Below, piece after piece: positions 1-13,710 of a stretch of DNA of 64,000 nt. The stretch comes from Sphagnum compactum (lineage: Eukaryota): contig OZ234493.1 in NCBI GenBank assembly GCA_965153455.1, positions 14,064,213-14,128,212 of the forward strand. The letters are read 5' to 3'. Positions within the stretch are counted from its first letter, which is position 1, and each line of letters starts with the position of its first letter. The translations under genes were made by a program, and so were the position numbers. Below the pieces are notes generated by a model. The model saw nothing but the letters and a program-made list of their open reading frames with translations. It was not told the DNA's origin and did no database searches.

Positions 1-59
1 AATCAACTACCCACCACATTTGGATGCTTTCATGTTTCAACTCTAGCAATGATTTGAAG

Positions 60-1290
60 GCCCAAATGTTGTTTGTTCGAAGTTTAATCACAATACATCC
101 TATAAATGTTACTTTAACATACTTTAATAATTGCCACTAAGTCACATACAAAAACATCTCTCAATTGTGCAAATTTAATGAAATCATCACGGGTTCCAAC
201 AATGGTAGGCATAAACAAGTCCAAGCAAAATCTATTGGGTCACAAATATTTTCATAAATCAAGTTATCTTGTTGGTTTGTAGGGTTGTCCAAGGCCATTA
301 TTGCCAACATAGTTTTATATTTTGCCTTTTCTGCATGGTTCAACATTGATATCTATAATGTTTTCACATTTCAAAAAAATTTGTTCCCCTTTGTGCACAT
401 TAGCATTGCAAGTTTTGTGAACTCCAATGCCTCTTAGGTGAATGGCCAAAATAGGAATGTTATGTTTGTAGTAGATTTTCAAGGGGACTCCCTATAAGCA
501 ATTCAAACAAGGTTTGCATTGTCAAATTAGTGTAATGAACCATACAATGGACCCTTATAAAATGAGAAGCATAGTTGTTATGAATTTGTTTTATAACATC
601 ACCATTGGTGCCTTGAAATACATTAAACACATTAAACACCATCCTGCCCCAAAGCATATGAACTTATGGGCAATTTGGTCTTTTCACAAATCACCACCTA
701 TCATCAAAGCCTTCATAATCACCTTGATTACATTATCACTCCTTAATCCCTTAATCATTTGGTCCAAAGAGATGAGAATTGAAATCCTTACTCAAGTTTG
801 CATTACAAAATAATGGATTGGCAACCAAGATTGGCTATCCATTATAGAAACTTTATCACAACTAAGAGTCACATAACGAGTAGCCCCCATTGTTGCCTTG
901 GTTGCTTTCATAACCTCTTGATGCATGAACTTTGCCATTATCCAACTAGAGTTATTAGTCTAAGGTTTTCTGTTATTTTTTGATTGCCAAGAACTCAAAC
1001 AAAGCCTTCATTGCTTCATATTCTAACATGAGACATCATTGTTGCAACAAATGCAAGATTGTGCCAAATTACATACCTTTTTTTGCTTTCTCTTTTGCTT
1101 TCCCATTTGCAATCTGATTAATAACACTTTCACGGTTGTAAGAAGCAAACACTTTTTGGTTCTTAAGATGCCTAAAAACTTTGGAATAATACCAATCCCC
1201 TTTCTTCAAATTATTTCCAATATTTTTGTTAACTTTTTTGCGACTTGCATGTTTACAAAAAGACTCTCACTCAGGAGCAAGTAATTTATG
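60..1290 (-). pseudogene. Decayed hAT-family (ZNF862-like) transposase fragment, running off the window start
   Basis: Minus-strand fragment FQGTNGDVIKQIHNNYASHFIRVHCMVHYTNLTMQTL resembles the hAT 'xHCxAHRxNLAV' region. It is broken by many stops and frameshifts, and no TIR pair was located. Confidence 0.55.
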
Positions 1291-3184
1291 TTTCCCTTCC
1301 CCCTCATTAAAAATATTGCACTTGACAATATGCAAGTTACCATTTAACCCTAAACACAATTTTGCCCATGATAGTTTGGAGCTCAAGAGTTTTGAAATTG
1401 TTTAGTGGCATCATAGTTTTGTTTCTTGATTCTTAGCTTGAATTGGATGAACTTTGAAATTTTCTAGTGGCACAATAGTTCCATTTCTTGATTCTTGACG
1501 TGATTGGACATTGGGTAGATTTGCTTAAGGGGTAGGAGACCAAATGAAGACTCTTGTTGTTCACGATCTCTCCCTTGTAGTCACAAGCAAGAGGCTAAGA
1601 ACATTCTTCTAGTGGAGTTTTGGAAGCTAGGCTTTATTGTGCCTCGGTTCTCAAATCTTTTTATTGTATTCAATTTATGATAGTTAGGATATATAAGCTT
1701 TCCCATATTATAATCTGGATAAATGACCAACAGTTACCCAGTTCGGCAGATTATTTATAATTCATCCTATGTTTACTCTATGGGTACAAGGCGGTAAATA
1801 AGGCCAAAAAATGCTGATAATCAAAATATGTTTAAAATGTACAAGTATAGCATATTGGCAAGTGGGGAATTCCCCATTTGCCAATATGTTGTGTAATTAG
1901 CATTGCAAACATGAGCACATGAAAAAAAATTTTAAAAAAAAGAAAAAGATATTAGGTTGAATCCATTCAATACCTTTACTAGAAAATTTCAAAGCATAAA
2001 TGGTTTCAAGAGTATATGACATGAGTAATTCTCAAGGTAATTAGTGCAATGAAAAAAAGGAAATGCCAAAATGAAAAATATTGCCTAATTAGTTATACTC
2101 ACCATATAACCTCATGCATTGTAAATATGGAAATGCATACATGTTGTAATATGATTTTGGCATATATATATGTATATATAACTAAAACCCATTTCAAAAG
2201 AATTATGTTTCTTGGGGTAAGGGTAAACTTTGGATATATTCATCAGTAAGGGTTGCAAACAGGGTAAATCTGACATGTTTATGAGCCAGGCAAGGTGACA
2301 TAAAGGGTAGCAGTCAACAGTTATCAACTGGGCAGGGTATATATATTCACCAAATACCATAGTATAGGGTCAACACATGTATGTCAAATAATTAATTAAA
2401 TTTGAAAATTCCATGTCAAAATGTTCTCTATTTCCTTCACACAAAACAAAATGTTTGAAAAAAAATTATTTTAAAATTATTTAAACTTGTAATACAAATC
2501 ATATAATTAGTGTCCAAGATGCCAAAGTACTTCGGTGTTTACTATTTACCCACTGGAATACGAGGGTTAAGAGACTTACCCATCCAACATTGGCATTTTC
2601 AAAAATAACTTTTTTTGAGCTTAGTTGGTTTTTTTTTCAATTGGAAGGGGGTCCAAGGGACAGACATCACATATTATGGACCAAATGAATAGTGTCAGAT
2701 TTCACTGGGCAACTGCCCAACTGCTGCCCCCAAATGCTGCCCAAGCTGCCCCTGATCTGGGTTTTATGAGAGGGATCTTGTAGCTATACACAGTCACAGG
2801 CAAAAAAACAAAATCACTTGGGAAATGCAATTACTTCATGTCAGGATTTTCCCTTGTGTGCACTTCTGACACCATCCAGGTAACCCTAGCTACTCCACAC
2901 AACACAAAGCCACCTGACAATACATAATAACCCTACTATCTCTCCTAGGGTTTACCTGCAGTTAGTAAGCCAGGTCAAATTGACAAGTCATGACTCATGG
3001 CTTGCTTATGATTCTTTCATATTATCTCATTTAAGAGTTTGGACCTCAAGGTGAAAGGCTTTTAAGGCTCTAGTAACTTAGTCCATAGTCAACTATTCCA
3101 GGTGAACAAGAAGAAACAGAAAACCAAACAAAACAAAACTCCAGTGTAAGTTGCCGGTGTGTGTGTGTGTATGTGTTTGTTATA

Positions 3185-3576
3185 GAGCATCTATCTCCTG
3201 GGCTGCTCAGTATGTGACTCAGCCAAAATATTTTTCACATCCAAGTTTAGTTATGTACTCTTTTGCAACCCCCACCCATGAAACTGAAACTGGGACAGCA
3301 AATAGGTGGGGGGACTACTAGTAGCAAACCACCCGGACCAATCATTACGATGGGCAGATCAGAAACACTGAGCAGCGGTTAGATCATATTTATTACGCCT
3401 TTAATCAGCTGAGGCAACCTGCTCAATTATGCTGAGCCAGAAAAACCATTTCCCTCAGCCAAACGGGGCATTCGGTGGATTTTCCATTCCCTGAGCCAAA
3501 CTGGCACACTGTGGATTTTCATCATCCAATTTTACTCTGCAGGAGGATCACATACCAAGCACGCCAGGAGATGCTC
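3185..3576. mobile_element. PIF/Harbinger (Tourist-like) MITE
   Basis: Ends GAGCATCT...AGATGCTC with flanks ATA/TTA. The internal sequence is an inverted homolog of 14835-15193. Confidence 0.7.
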
Positions 3577-3659
3577 TTATGTGCTAAAGCAGGGATTGCA
3601 GTCTGTTACCATTTATTCTCTCTCTCCCCTATTGAATTGGCCAGAATGAACAGCCCAAG

Positions 3660-3850
3660 TGAACCCAGCACCCACCAGCAGCACACAAATGCATCCACTG
3701 GATGCCCATTATGACTCAGTTGTGGATGAACTTCAACTGAGTTAATATCTGGTTTCACCTTGGTTAGCTATTCTGTAAGAAGTAGGTCCTATATACAAGT
3801 ACTAGACTAGTAGGAAAATAGGTGACTACTAGGTAACTAGATAGTTTATT
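3660..3850. repeat. Dispersed repeat; inverted copy at about 21360-21545
   Basis: CATCCACTGGATGCCCATTATGACTCAGTTGTGGATGAAC occurs here and as its reverse complement at about 21478-21517. Confidence 0.7.
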
Positions 3851-4662
3851 GTAGATCGCTTATACTCAGGTAAGGGTGTGTTTTTCAACTACCTACCTAC
3901 TAACAGCCTGCTTGTGGGTTGTTACTAAGTAGGTAGGTAGGTAGGAAAAAGAGCCAAACTGATCTAACCACCATGGTTAGCTAACGAACTGGAACCAGAG
4001 GGCACACAGGGAGGGACCAATCATTTGTGACCGATCGATTAATAATAGTCAATGTGTGACCGATCATTGTGACTAACCAACGAGACGCAATCATTTTTCT
4101 TTTTCAAGGTCTTTTGACAACAAGGATGTATACACAAATTTATAAAGAGCTGAGCTTGATTTCACATAAAATGAGATGCTGACTTCATGCAAATTTGGTG
4201 TACATGAAATTTTATGAAGGTGACTCGAGCTGCTCTCACCACTTATCCCCAACAACTACATGCACTAGAATTTGAGTCCTCCCTCTCCCTAGTGCTCACC
4301 AATATTCTTCGTCATGTGTAGAACTCCTATTTTGTATGTCCAGATAGCAGAGTTATCTGTAAAGTCAGGCGATTAGGTAGGGGGCGAGAACGGCCAGTTT
4401 GGCCATGATAGGGCATCAAACACGTAACTGGGAATGAAATTTAACAAAACAAAATAACTGGGACCCAAACTAGTTTTTCCACCAATTTTGGTGGTAAACT
4501 GAGTTTCATCGTGTCTTTCCTTTCTTCTGAGCGCCTCTACAGCTGCTGCATATATTTTCACTGCTCCTACTCGATAGGACTACTATAATTTACTTCGAAC
4601 CGTGTGCATTAAATGCTGAGTTCCGGCATTTCATACCCAGATTTAATAAATTTGCTTACTTG

Positions 4663-4750
4663 GCGGATACCACTGAAAGAGGGGATAGGGCGTGAAAGGA
4701 GGCCCAAATACAGGGTGAAGACAGGGTGACTTTATGGATAACTCTAGTGT
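4663..4750. repeat. Dispersed repeat; second copy at about 24432-24510
   Basis: GCGGATACCACTGAAAGAGGGGATAG...GGAGGCCCAAA..CAGGGT...GATAACTCTA is shared by both sites. Confidence 0.65.
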
Positions 4751-5056
4751 CTTGAGGAGGAGCACTTCCCCATGCTCCCAGTGATCATCAGGATCCTATG
4801 GCCAAGGAGAGCATACAATGTGTTGGCTGATGACCCATATGCCCAGAACCTTCAATCTGGATTAAGAAATGTACTAAGTTGGAAACAAAAGAAACAAATT
4901 GTTAATTAATGTGAACACAGCCAATACTCAATGTCTGAGGCAAACCCAATGTGATTTAAGGCTTTCTGCAATTCCCAAAGGACTGTAAATTTTCCCATAA
5001 ACAGTTGGATACTCCAAAATCACTGGACATTTCAGAAACATGTATGGAGTCTGGAC

Positions 5057-8000
5057 CAGTGTTGGGCGGATATCCTGCAAATCTGGATCACCCTGACCGG
5101 ATATCACTCTGGAAATCCTCTGGATATCAAAATTGTTCATATCCGAAGTGATATCCTTCTCTCTGGATATCAAAATAATGATATCCGATCATATAATATT
5201 CGGACAGAATATATTTTTTGAAAATATGATATCCAGGGTGGATATTAAATCGATGCACAGATATGGATATGAGAGGGATTTAGGTTTAGGGTGTAGGTTG
5301 TTAGGGGGCTCAAAACAAAACTGCGAGTGCTAATGTAGGTTGTTACAATTAAAAAAAGAGTTGTAGTTGTTAGTGTAGGCCGTTACAAGGGAAAAATTTA
5401 TTGTGGGCGTTGCCATTAGACCTAAAGAAAAAAACACCCCTAAATCTAGTTTAAAATGGGGCTTAAGCTCAACTTGGGCCCCACTTTCTACTTTCTCCCT
5501 CTCCTCACGTTCTGCTCTCCTCTCCTCATGCTTTGCTTTCCTCTCCTCGCATTATGCTCTCTTCTTTGTGTTGTTGCTCTCTTTTTCGACCTATTATTCT
5601 CCTCTTCATGTCGCGCTGTTGTTTTCCTTTTTGTGCTGTGTTGCTACTCTCCTTTTCGCCCTGCTACTTTCCTCTTCATGTCGTACTTCTGCTCTTCTCT
5701 TCGCGTCGTGTTGTTGTTTTCCTCTTCACGTCACGCTACTACTCTCCTCTTCGTGTCGCATTGTTGTTCTCCTTTTCGCACCGTTGCCATCCTCTTCACC
5801 CTATTGTTCTCCTCTTCGCGCTGATGTCTTTTCTTCGCCCTGCTACTCTCTTCTTCATGTTGTTGCTTTCCTCTTCAACTTGTTGCTTTTCTATTTCAAG
5901 TACAAGGTTTTTCGCACTGCTACTCTCCTTTTTGCACTACTACTGTTGGTGTGTTGTTAATCTTGTACTAACCCCTTGCATTCCTTCTTGCAAGAATTGG
6001 GAGTGGTCGGAAGTCGAGAATCAAAAATTTGTATTTTTCAGTAAGTATTTTTCCTTTTGCTTATTTTCATTTTTAAAAAATTTCATGTCCTTATTTTGTT
6101 TTAATTTTTTTGGCTTTTAGTTTGTGGTGCAACGCTTGTCATAATTTTTTTGGAGACAAACATAAACCCTTGTACTTTTGACAATTTTATCTTTGCTTAT
6201 TTGTTTTGTAGTTTTCTCTTTTTGCTTACTTGTAATGTTTCGCAATTTTATATCTTTGTTTGTTTTACAATTTTTTATCTTTTCTTGCTTGTAAATGTTT
6301 TGCATCATATGGAGTTGCGTGTAAGAGCATTATCATCACATCACACAACAAAACCTTTATTTGTTTCCTTAATTTTTCCACCGTTTGACCTTGTAGAACA
6401 GTTGTGAAAGATGGAAAGGTCAAATGAATTTAATAATCAAACAATGCAAATTAAAGAATATATAATATGCATAAATGATGAAATTGAAGTTAATCAAATA
6501 AGGGAAGAAAGAGAAAATCCAAGTCTGCAAACTAGAATAAATAGAATGTCAAGAGTACCTGATGAAAAGAAAATTAAACAGATCTTGCAACAATTGCAAA
6601 CTCAAAGAAAAAAATGGCGTCGTCATAATAAAAATGCATTTTGTTGGTCTCTTTATTGTGATAATGATAATTTGAAAGTAAATTTGGATGTTCTTAAAAT
6701 GATGCGTTGTTTATTGTGTCATTTTCAACCTGTTGTTTCTGTGAATTCAAGAAAACAATTAAGGAAAGGTCTAGTAACATATTATAAAACAAGTGGCATA
6801 ACATGTTTGCAAAAACATCTTGATGCAGATCATTCAACAATTTATAAAAGGTTTCAAGAAGAAATTAATAATGAAGGGAAAGAAAATGTTGACAGACAAT
6901 TTACAAAGAAAAGGTCTATTATTTCCAATTCTTCCATATTTGAATTTTTTGCTTCAAAAGATCTGTTCAAAAAGGACGATGTGGAGCAAAAGATGTTTGT
7001 GGAAAATCTTGCAATTTTAATAGTGAAAAATCATTTGCCTTTGCAATTTGTGGAGGATGTGTGGTTAAAACATTTAGTGTTATAATTATGTCCTTGTGTG
7101 CAATTCCCTTTTCGAAAATTATTTTCAAACGTTTTGCCTGAATTGGTGGAGAAAATTAAGGAAACATATGTTTTGCCTTTGCTAAATGATTATAGTTGTG
7201 CTACTGCCAATTTTGATTTGTGGATGTTGAAGGGTACATGATGTGTTTGTCTTACTCATGATTTATTTGGGATCTGATTGGAAACCAAAACATGTTATTT
7301 TTGGTTTGTTTGAAACTACTGAAACTATAGGACAAACGTTGGTTATAAATCTTATTAAACTTTTAGATGCATATGATTTAAGAAATAAGATCATAGCATA
7401 TGTGAAGGATGAGGGTTCAAATTTAAATACATTGACCAATGCTTTAAAGTCTAATGTTAAATGTGAAACTTTAGGTTTGGAAAAAAATTTCAAAGAACTT
7501 GTTTTGGTCATGTTTTTTCCAAAACGTGCCATAACTGATGACAAAGTTTGTAAGAACTTGAATATGTGTTTATTAAATTTGCCCAAGCAAATTTGCAAAA
7601 ATGCATTACTTGGCCAAAGAAATCTGGTAAAGGTCGTCAAGAATGGAACAAAGCTTGCATTGAAGCTAAATTCTAGTGAAAACAAGGTTAGTTTGGTTTT
7701 TAGACATTTAATTTTTTGTTCCATTTTTGCAAGTTTTTTGTTTCTAATTTATTTTAATTGTAAGATTTTTTTGTTGATCCTTGATGTATTTCTATAAGTT
7801 TGCAAGTAAAATCATCCTATTTCAAGAAGCATTACAATTCAGGGTAGCGATTGTCCTATGTTATGGTTGACAAACTGTAATGAAGGTTACTGGCTGTGTC
7901 TCTCCACCTTTAATTTGGCACATATTTCAAATAATTGTTGATGTTTTGTCTTCAGTTGTAAATGTTTGTGTGTTGAACTAATCTCGTGGGCATTGGTTAC

Positions 8001-9098
8001 TTTCTAATGCTTTGAATGTAATAATCGTTATTAGCCTAAAACTTAAAGAAGAATTTGGAATTTCACTTAATTTGCAAGATTTAATTGATGATGATTATTT
8101 TTTTTATAACCCAGGAATTATCATTGCTTGCATTAGAAGAGAAGCATGTGGCATTTTAAATGGTTTTCTTTCATTTTTAAAGAAATATGAAAGAAATAAA
8201 ACACATAACATGTTTTCCTTGATGTTAGACCTTAGATTTAAAAGTCTGAAGTTGGTTTCATCTCTTAATGGTCGAGAGCAAGTTGTTTCCATTGTGGAAG
8301 AGTATGACCAATGATCCTTATTTCCTATGCTTTTGAGATGCTACTACATCCTACACCCTATGGTAGAATTTGGACCTATGGCAAATATGCAAACTGATGA
8401 AAGTAGCTTGGACATTTTTGAGATATCTGCTGGAACTGGTGAGCCAACAAGGAGGTGGTGAATAAGGAGTTGTTGATGTTTACAAGGTTTCAAGTGGATG
8501 TCAAGGAAATGAAATGCCCTTTAGAGTGGTGGGTGAAACACAATTCTTTATTTCTAACTATGGCATTTCTTGCTCTTCAAATTCTTGGCATCATTGGTTC
8601 TCAAATAGAAACTTTTTTTTTTTTTTTCATTGGTTGGAGTTTTTACAAATTTGAGGAGATGTCGATTACAATCAAATAATTTAGATAAGATTATTTTTGT
8701 TAATAAAAATTGGCCTAGTGATCCTAAGATGGGTTGTAGTTCACCTTCTAGTTTGATAGAGTTGATTGAGGCTGATTTTGCCTTAGAGGAAGAATTAGAA
8801 CAATATGAAGGTGAATTTGAGCAAGATGAACTTTTGGACTTGTAATTTATAAAATACTTTTGGAAAAGAAAAATTATCTTGTTATCCCGAGTGCTAGGTT
8901 CTTCGACGAATATTAATGTTGACGGATATTCGGTCACACTGAAATCTGGCATTAGATTTTTATTTTTTTATGATATCCTTGCAGGATATTACAATGGATT
9001 TTTAAAATGAAAATGAAAATAACTGGAACCGGCGGATAACAAATAGCCAAATAACCAGAATTGACGGATATTAAAAAAGTTATATCCACCCAACACTG
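5057..9098 (+). mobile_element. Full-length hAT DNA transposon (4042 bp), coding-defective
   Basis: TIRs CAGTGTTGGGCGGATAT (5057) and ATATCCACCCAACACTG (ending 9098) match at 16/17. The 8-bp TSD GTCTGGAC is perfect at 5049-5056 and 9099-9106. An internal hAT transposase is present. Confidence 0.95.
6411..8845 (+). pseudogene. hAT transposase pseudogene (BED-like Zn finger, DDE core, hATC dimerisation domain)
   Basis: Motifs CLLC...KHLDADH, FDLWM, YVKDEGSN, LDLRFK and PLEWW...GSQIET...RRCRL. Split into several ORFs by stops and frameshifts; probable intron at about 7687-7798. Confidence 0.88.
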
Positions 9099-9659
9099 GT
9101 CTGGACTCTCATGGGAATGGGTTCAAAGAGTCTGATCTGGAATTTCATAAAGAAAATCTTCAGCTCCAAAATTGGTTTTGAAAAGCTAAGATTGGGGCAA
9201 TTATTTAACTTCCTAGACCCAAAAAGTTTAATTCTTTGATTTAATTTAATTTATAAAAATACCCAAATTGGGTTCTTTTCATCAAAAAATCAAATACTTG
9301 GCCAATGTAGCACCAAACCCCTGCAAGTTATTTCAAATTGCATCAAACTCCCCACTGTTATTCGGGCAAGTGTTTTTAAAAGAACCGAGACATATGCTTG
9401 AGCTAGATCCCGAGCTTCATACCTGCTTAACACAAGCTTCCTGAAGACCAGACCGGGCCAATTCTTTAGAATTTTGATTTTGATTTTTTTTTCAAAACCT
9501 GGAGGCTATTATTACCATAGTAGCTTGGCAACTTTGACACATAATTAATTTTGAAAAATGAAATTTCCAAAAGAATTCAAAAATTTCCTTCCAATTTTTT
9601 TTTCTTCTGTTCTTTGGTAAAAAAGAAATTTCTGAAAATTTCAACATTTCTGAGAATTT

Positions 9660-10180
9660 CAACATTTCTGAAAATAATATAGCTAGTGTTGAAGCTGCCA
9701 ACTTGTCAAGGCACTGCTAGGGTATCTCCAAAAAAATCAAGTACCCGTCCAACACTTCTTGTACAAGGGACTAGAGGCAATTGAGTCCAACTTGCAACTT
9801 GACAAGAACCTCAAGGACAGCAGACACAGTTTTGATCAAAAGCTGCCAAGGTACTATGGTATCTCCAAAATCAAATACTCGCCCAACATGGGTATGAGCC
9901 ACAATTGCAGGCCATTAAGTCCACCTTGGCAGCTTTGACACATGTGTATCAATTAATTAGTTAACTTGGAAATTTTCATTTTAAAAAAAAAGAAATATTC
10001 CTGCATATTATTCAATAATTTTTCTTCACAAAATTTTGGTCTTTGAAGTTTTTGGGGGAAAATTTCTGAAAATAATATAATTAGTGTCAAAGCTGCCAAG
10101 GTACTATGGTATCTCCAAAATCAAATACCCACCCAACATGGGTATGAGCAATTGCAGGCCATTGAGTCCAAACTTGCAAA
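9660..10180. repeat. Three imperfect direct repeats containing hAT-like end sequence
   Basis: AGCTGCCAAGGTACTATGGTATCTCCAAAATCAAATAC(C/T)C.CCCAACATGGGTATGAGC at about 9841 and 10091, with a more diverged copy at about 9693-9755. Confidence 0.75.
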
Positions 10181-10192
10181 GAGCTTCTGAGC

Positions 10193-10291
10193 TCTGATCA
10201 GAAGGCAAGTACAAGAATCAAAGCCTGTATACATAGCTGTAGAGTATTATACAGACTTTGATTCCTTGTACAGTGTATTGTAGCTGATAGA
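10193..10291. ncRNA. Candidate MIRNA-like foldback hairpin
   Basis: Arms GTACAAGAATCAAAGCCTGTATA (10209-10231) and TATACAGACTTTGATTCCTTGTAC (10248-10271) pair with 1 bulge and 1 mismatch around a 16-nt loop. Extra lower-stem pairing TCTGATCAG/CTGATAGA. Confidence 0.35.
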
Positions 10292-11229
10292 AGTAGCTGG
10301 TTACAATAGACAAGAGGGAGGGAGAGGTGCAAGCACTAGATGGGGGAGAGTACATCAACAAGAGTCAGTCCAGAAGGCTCAAAAACTTGCTTTAATGACT
10401 CTTGTTGTCTGTTAGCTGGGTGGTGGTGTCTTTGAAGGAGACTGGAGTTATGAGAGACTGAACTTCATTGATGAAAAGGTACCTGTCTCTTGACTTGTGC
10501 AGCTACAATCCTTTCTGGATTCACTGTGATCATCCCTATGACGACCAATCAAAGATTTGATTCCAGCTCCTTGGGTCATCATTATCTTCTGGGTGGAGCA
10601 CCTACCTCTAAGAGGTTGCAGAGATCTTTCAACTCCAACTGCTCAATGCTCATTCCTTGAATCCTTTCTCTGCCTCACTCAAATGTTTGTGTGCATGTGT
10701 GTGTGTGTGTGTGTGTGTGGGTGTTCAATTTTGTGATGCAAGTGAGGTGGTGATTACCCAGAAGCCAATTTAGACAGATTTTTCTGTAAAAAATATGAAA
10801 GGAAAAAAAATTGTTGTATGTTTTTGGCTCCCGTACTTGAACCATGCATAGAGATCTGGCGATTTTCAATAAAAAAATCATTGAAGTTGCAACAAAAAAA
10901 TTTCCAAAAATTTGGGTTGCCGATCTTGACCTTTTGAAAATGGCTCCAAAACCAAAAGGAAATTGATTTGTCAGTCAGGGCTTTATGTTCTAATCTACTC
11001 TTTTGCAGCTGATCATTGTAAATAGGTACTTCTCTCTCTCTCTCTCCTTTGATCCCACCAATGTCATTGCATTTGAGATCAAGAAATGGAAGAAGTACTG
11101 GAGGAGGGCTTGTTGGGCACTTATGTTAAATCTAATTGGGGCAATGAGCTTGATTAGTTTTGTTTCAAGTCTATGATTGTTGTAGATCTACTTGGCAATT
11201 AAGAGAGTCACAATTGAACAGTCAAGTGT

Positions 11230-12480
11230 GGCAAGAAGTGACAAAAAGGACAAGCTCAACTGGAGTTGCCTTAACTTACCTGGGTCCTCCTGCATCTAGT
11301 AGCGACTCTTGCAAACTTAGAATCTTCAATGTGCAAATCTGCAAAATTGACCTTTGAAATCATATCCAAATAGTATTTAAATTTATTTATTTTTGGATTT
11401 AAGTTAGAAATCAAGGGGCCTAAACAAAGTGACCTCTTGGGTCTTTCAAGAGATTTCTGGTTGCTCACATCAAAGGCGTTGCAATTGCTAAGTTTAGCCA
11501 TGGAACTCACGTTACTTGTTGTGAAAATTGCTGGAGGGAGTAAGAAAGACCCACAATGTTGCAAAAATATTGGTGATAGGCCAATCATCAAATTGGCTCC
11601 TTCTGAAAGGAATTTGAAACTAAAAATAAAAATGTGGGTGCACTTGGTCACTAATTAATACAAGCATGAATATGTAAATCCCCAACTTACTTAAAAAAAT
11701 TTCCAAAGAATATATTGCTTCCAGCAAAAGTTTCCAAGGAGTTGTTGAGGGTGACAGATTGGCCAATGTTTCTGTCGACGATTTTCCACTTGATTTCACG
11801 GTTTGTACTAAGGTGTGGTATGAGCCAACAGCAGCTAGTATGAGAGATGGTTAGTGAAATCTGTACAAGTGGACTGGAATTGTGATTTTGAATGTTTTGG
11901 CATCTGCTTCTTGTACTGTTGTCCAGTTCAAAATGAAACAGCAGAGAGCTGAAGCTTCTAATGGTGGGCTAGTCGATTGACCAGCATGGAGGAGGAATTG
12001 AACACTAGGGAGTTGTGAGATACAAGATCTCTCTATGTCTGCTACAGAAATGCTTATAGCCCAAGTAAAAATACCCACATGCACACATGACATTTTATTA
12101 TCTCCATGAAAGGTCACTCTTCTTCAATGCTTGTGGTTGCAACAAAGTTGCATGTGCAAATGAAAGGTTTGCATGACATGCAAATGAAAGGCTGCTTATT
12201 ACCATAGCTCCATTAACACCTATGGGTTTTTGAAAAGTACACTTGAATGAGAACTCTTGAATGATCCCCTTGGTCGGTGTTGAGGACTTGGGTGCGTTAG
12301 TTTGTGGGCTCAAATAAAGTGGTAGGTAAAAAGCCCAAGCCCAAGGCCGTGAGCTTTTTTGCACACATAAAGACCACCACACCGCATGACAGTGTGGCAG
12401 CAACAAGATGGGAAGTGGGGGCTTTACAATTTTTGTAAAGCTCGTGCCAGAAACCAAATGAAATTTTTTGTCATATAACA
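11230..12480 (-). mobile_element. Highly decayed retroelement-like (LINE RT-like) remnant
   Basis: NAFDVSNQKSLERPKRSLCLGP loosely resembles the LINE RT 'KAFDRVNW..L..LGFG' motif. Very degenerate. Confidence 0.25.
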
Positions 12481-13190
12481 TACCTCCAAATACATTTAAA
12501 AAGGAAAATCTAGGTCTTTACGGAGTCCTCCTATGCACGTGCTACGACTCCAGTACTAGTACAAAACAAGGCAGATCTGGGACTCTGCTAATTCAAAGAG
12601 TCCCATGGAAGGACTGACCATAAGGACTGACCATTTTGCAAGGGCAGGCAGGTGTCTGTGACATAACCTTGTCTCATTTGGTCCCTTTTGTGATCCTTTC
12701 TTGATTTGAGACCATGGCTGACAGACTCGTACCATTTGTGTGTACCTCTGGGTTTCGGGTCTGTAAATGTGATGAGGAGGGAACGATTCTTTAACAAGGT
12801 AAATCCTCACTCAATCACACAAAAAAAGGTATCAAATGGGTATCAAGTTAAATGTTCCAAAACTGAAATTTTCTTTTTATCATGTAAATTTCACAACATC
12901 TTCTTATTGAATAATTTTATTATTATTTCAGCCACAGTGGGATAAGTTTGATTCAAACCCTGTACTTGTCAATGTGAACAAGTTAAAATCTTACCAGTTC
13001 TTGAATTATGAAACACATAAAACAGAAAGTCCTACACTTGTATTGGGATTGTAAAAAATCTCATATGCGATAAATAAATTCTCGTTGATGCATTGAGATA
13101 TCAAATATTCATTAGCATCTACCCAAGTGAATTCATCCGTGTTGACCACTCCCAAAAGAACTTATGCGTAGGGTTCATGCTTGAGGCCAT

Positions 13191-13710
13191 GGGCATTACC
13201 GGAATAAGGGTCTGAACAAGTTGGACGCAATTCTGGTAGCCCCCATGTCCCCCTTGCATTACATGATGTAAGAATCGACATGTCATTTTTATTATTTGTT
13301 TTTTTACCCATGATACCCAGCAGGTGCCAGCCAGGTACCTACCAAGTATGTAACCGTAAAAAGTAAGATGGGCGAAAAATGCCTACCTCTATAGACATTT
13401 TGCTTTCTGAAATACCCACTTACTACTAACGCTCTCGATTACGGTGTATAAGGGGTTAGTCAAAACTATTTTAAAAAATGGAATGCCCACACCTAAGGGT
13501 GTTTTGTTTTTAGAAATGCCCCACATCATTTAAAAACATTTATTGTGATACTCGGTGGGTACCCCCAATGGATAGCCATTGGGTATGATAAGAAAAATTA
13601 AGAATCGTCTATCTTTTTAAAATGTTGTGTGACACCCTTCACTACGGGCATTACTGGAATCGGGCTTGCCTTGGCTTCACCTCACATGAGCCCTTATTTT
13701 GGTAATACCC
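13191..13710. mobile_element. MITE-like element with ~20-bp TIRs
   Basis: GGGCATTACCGGAATAAGGG ... CCCTTATTTTGGTAATACCC match at 17/20. No clear TSD. Confidence 0.55.

Noticed and set aside
5403-6120. Hydrophobic 122-195 aa ORFs in three frames
   Set aside because: Pyrimidine-rich low-complexity leader of the hAT element, open in all three frames with no domain.
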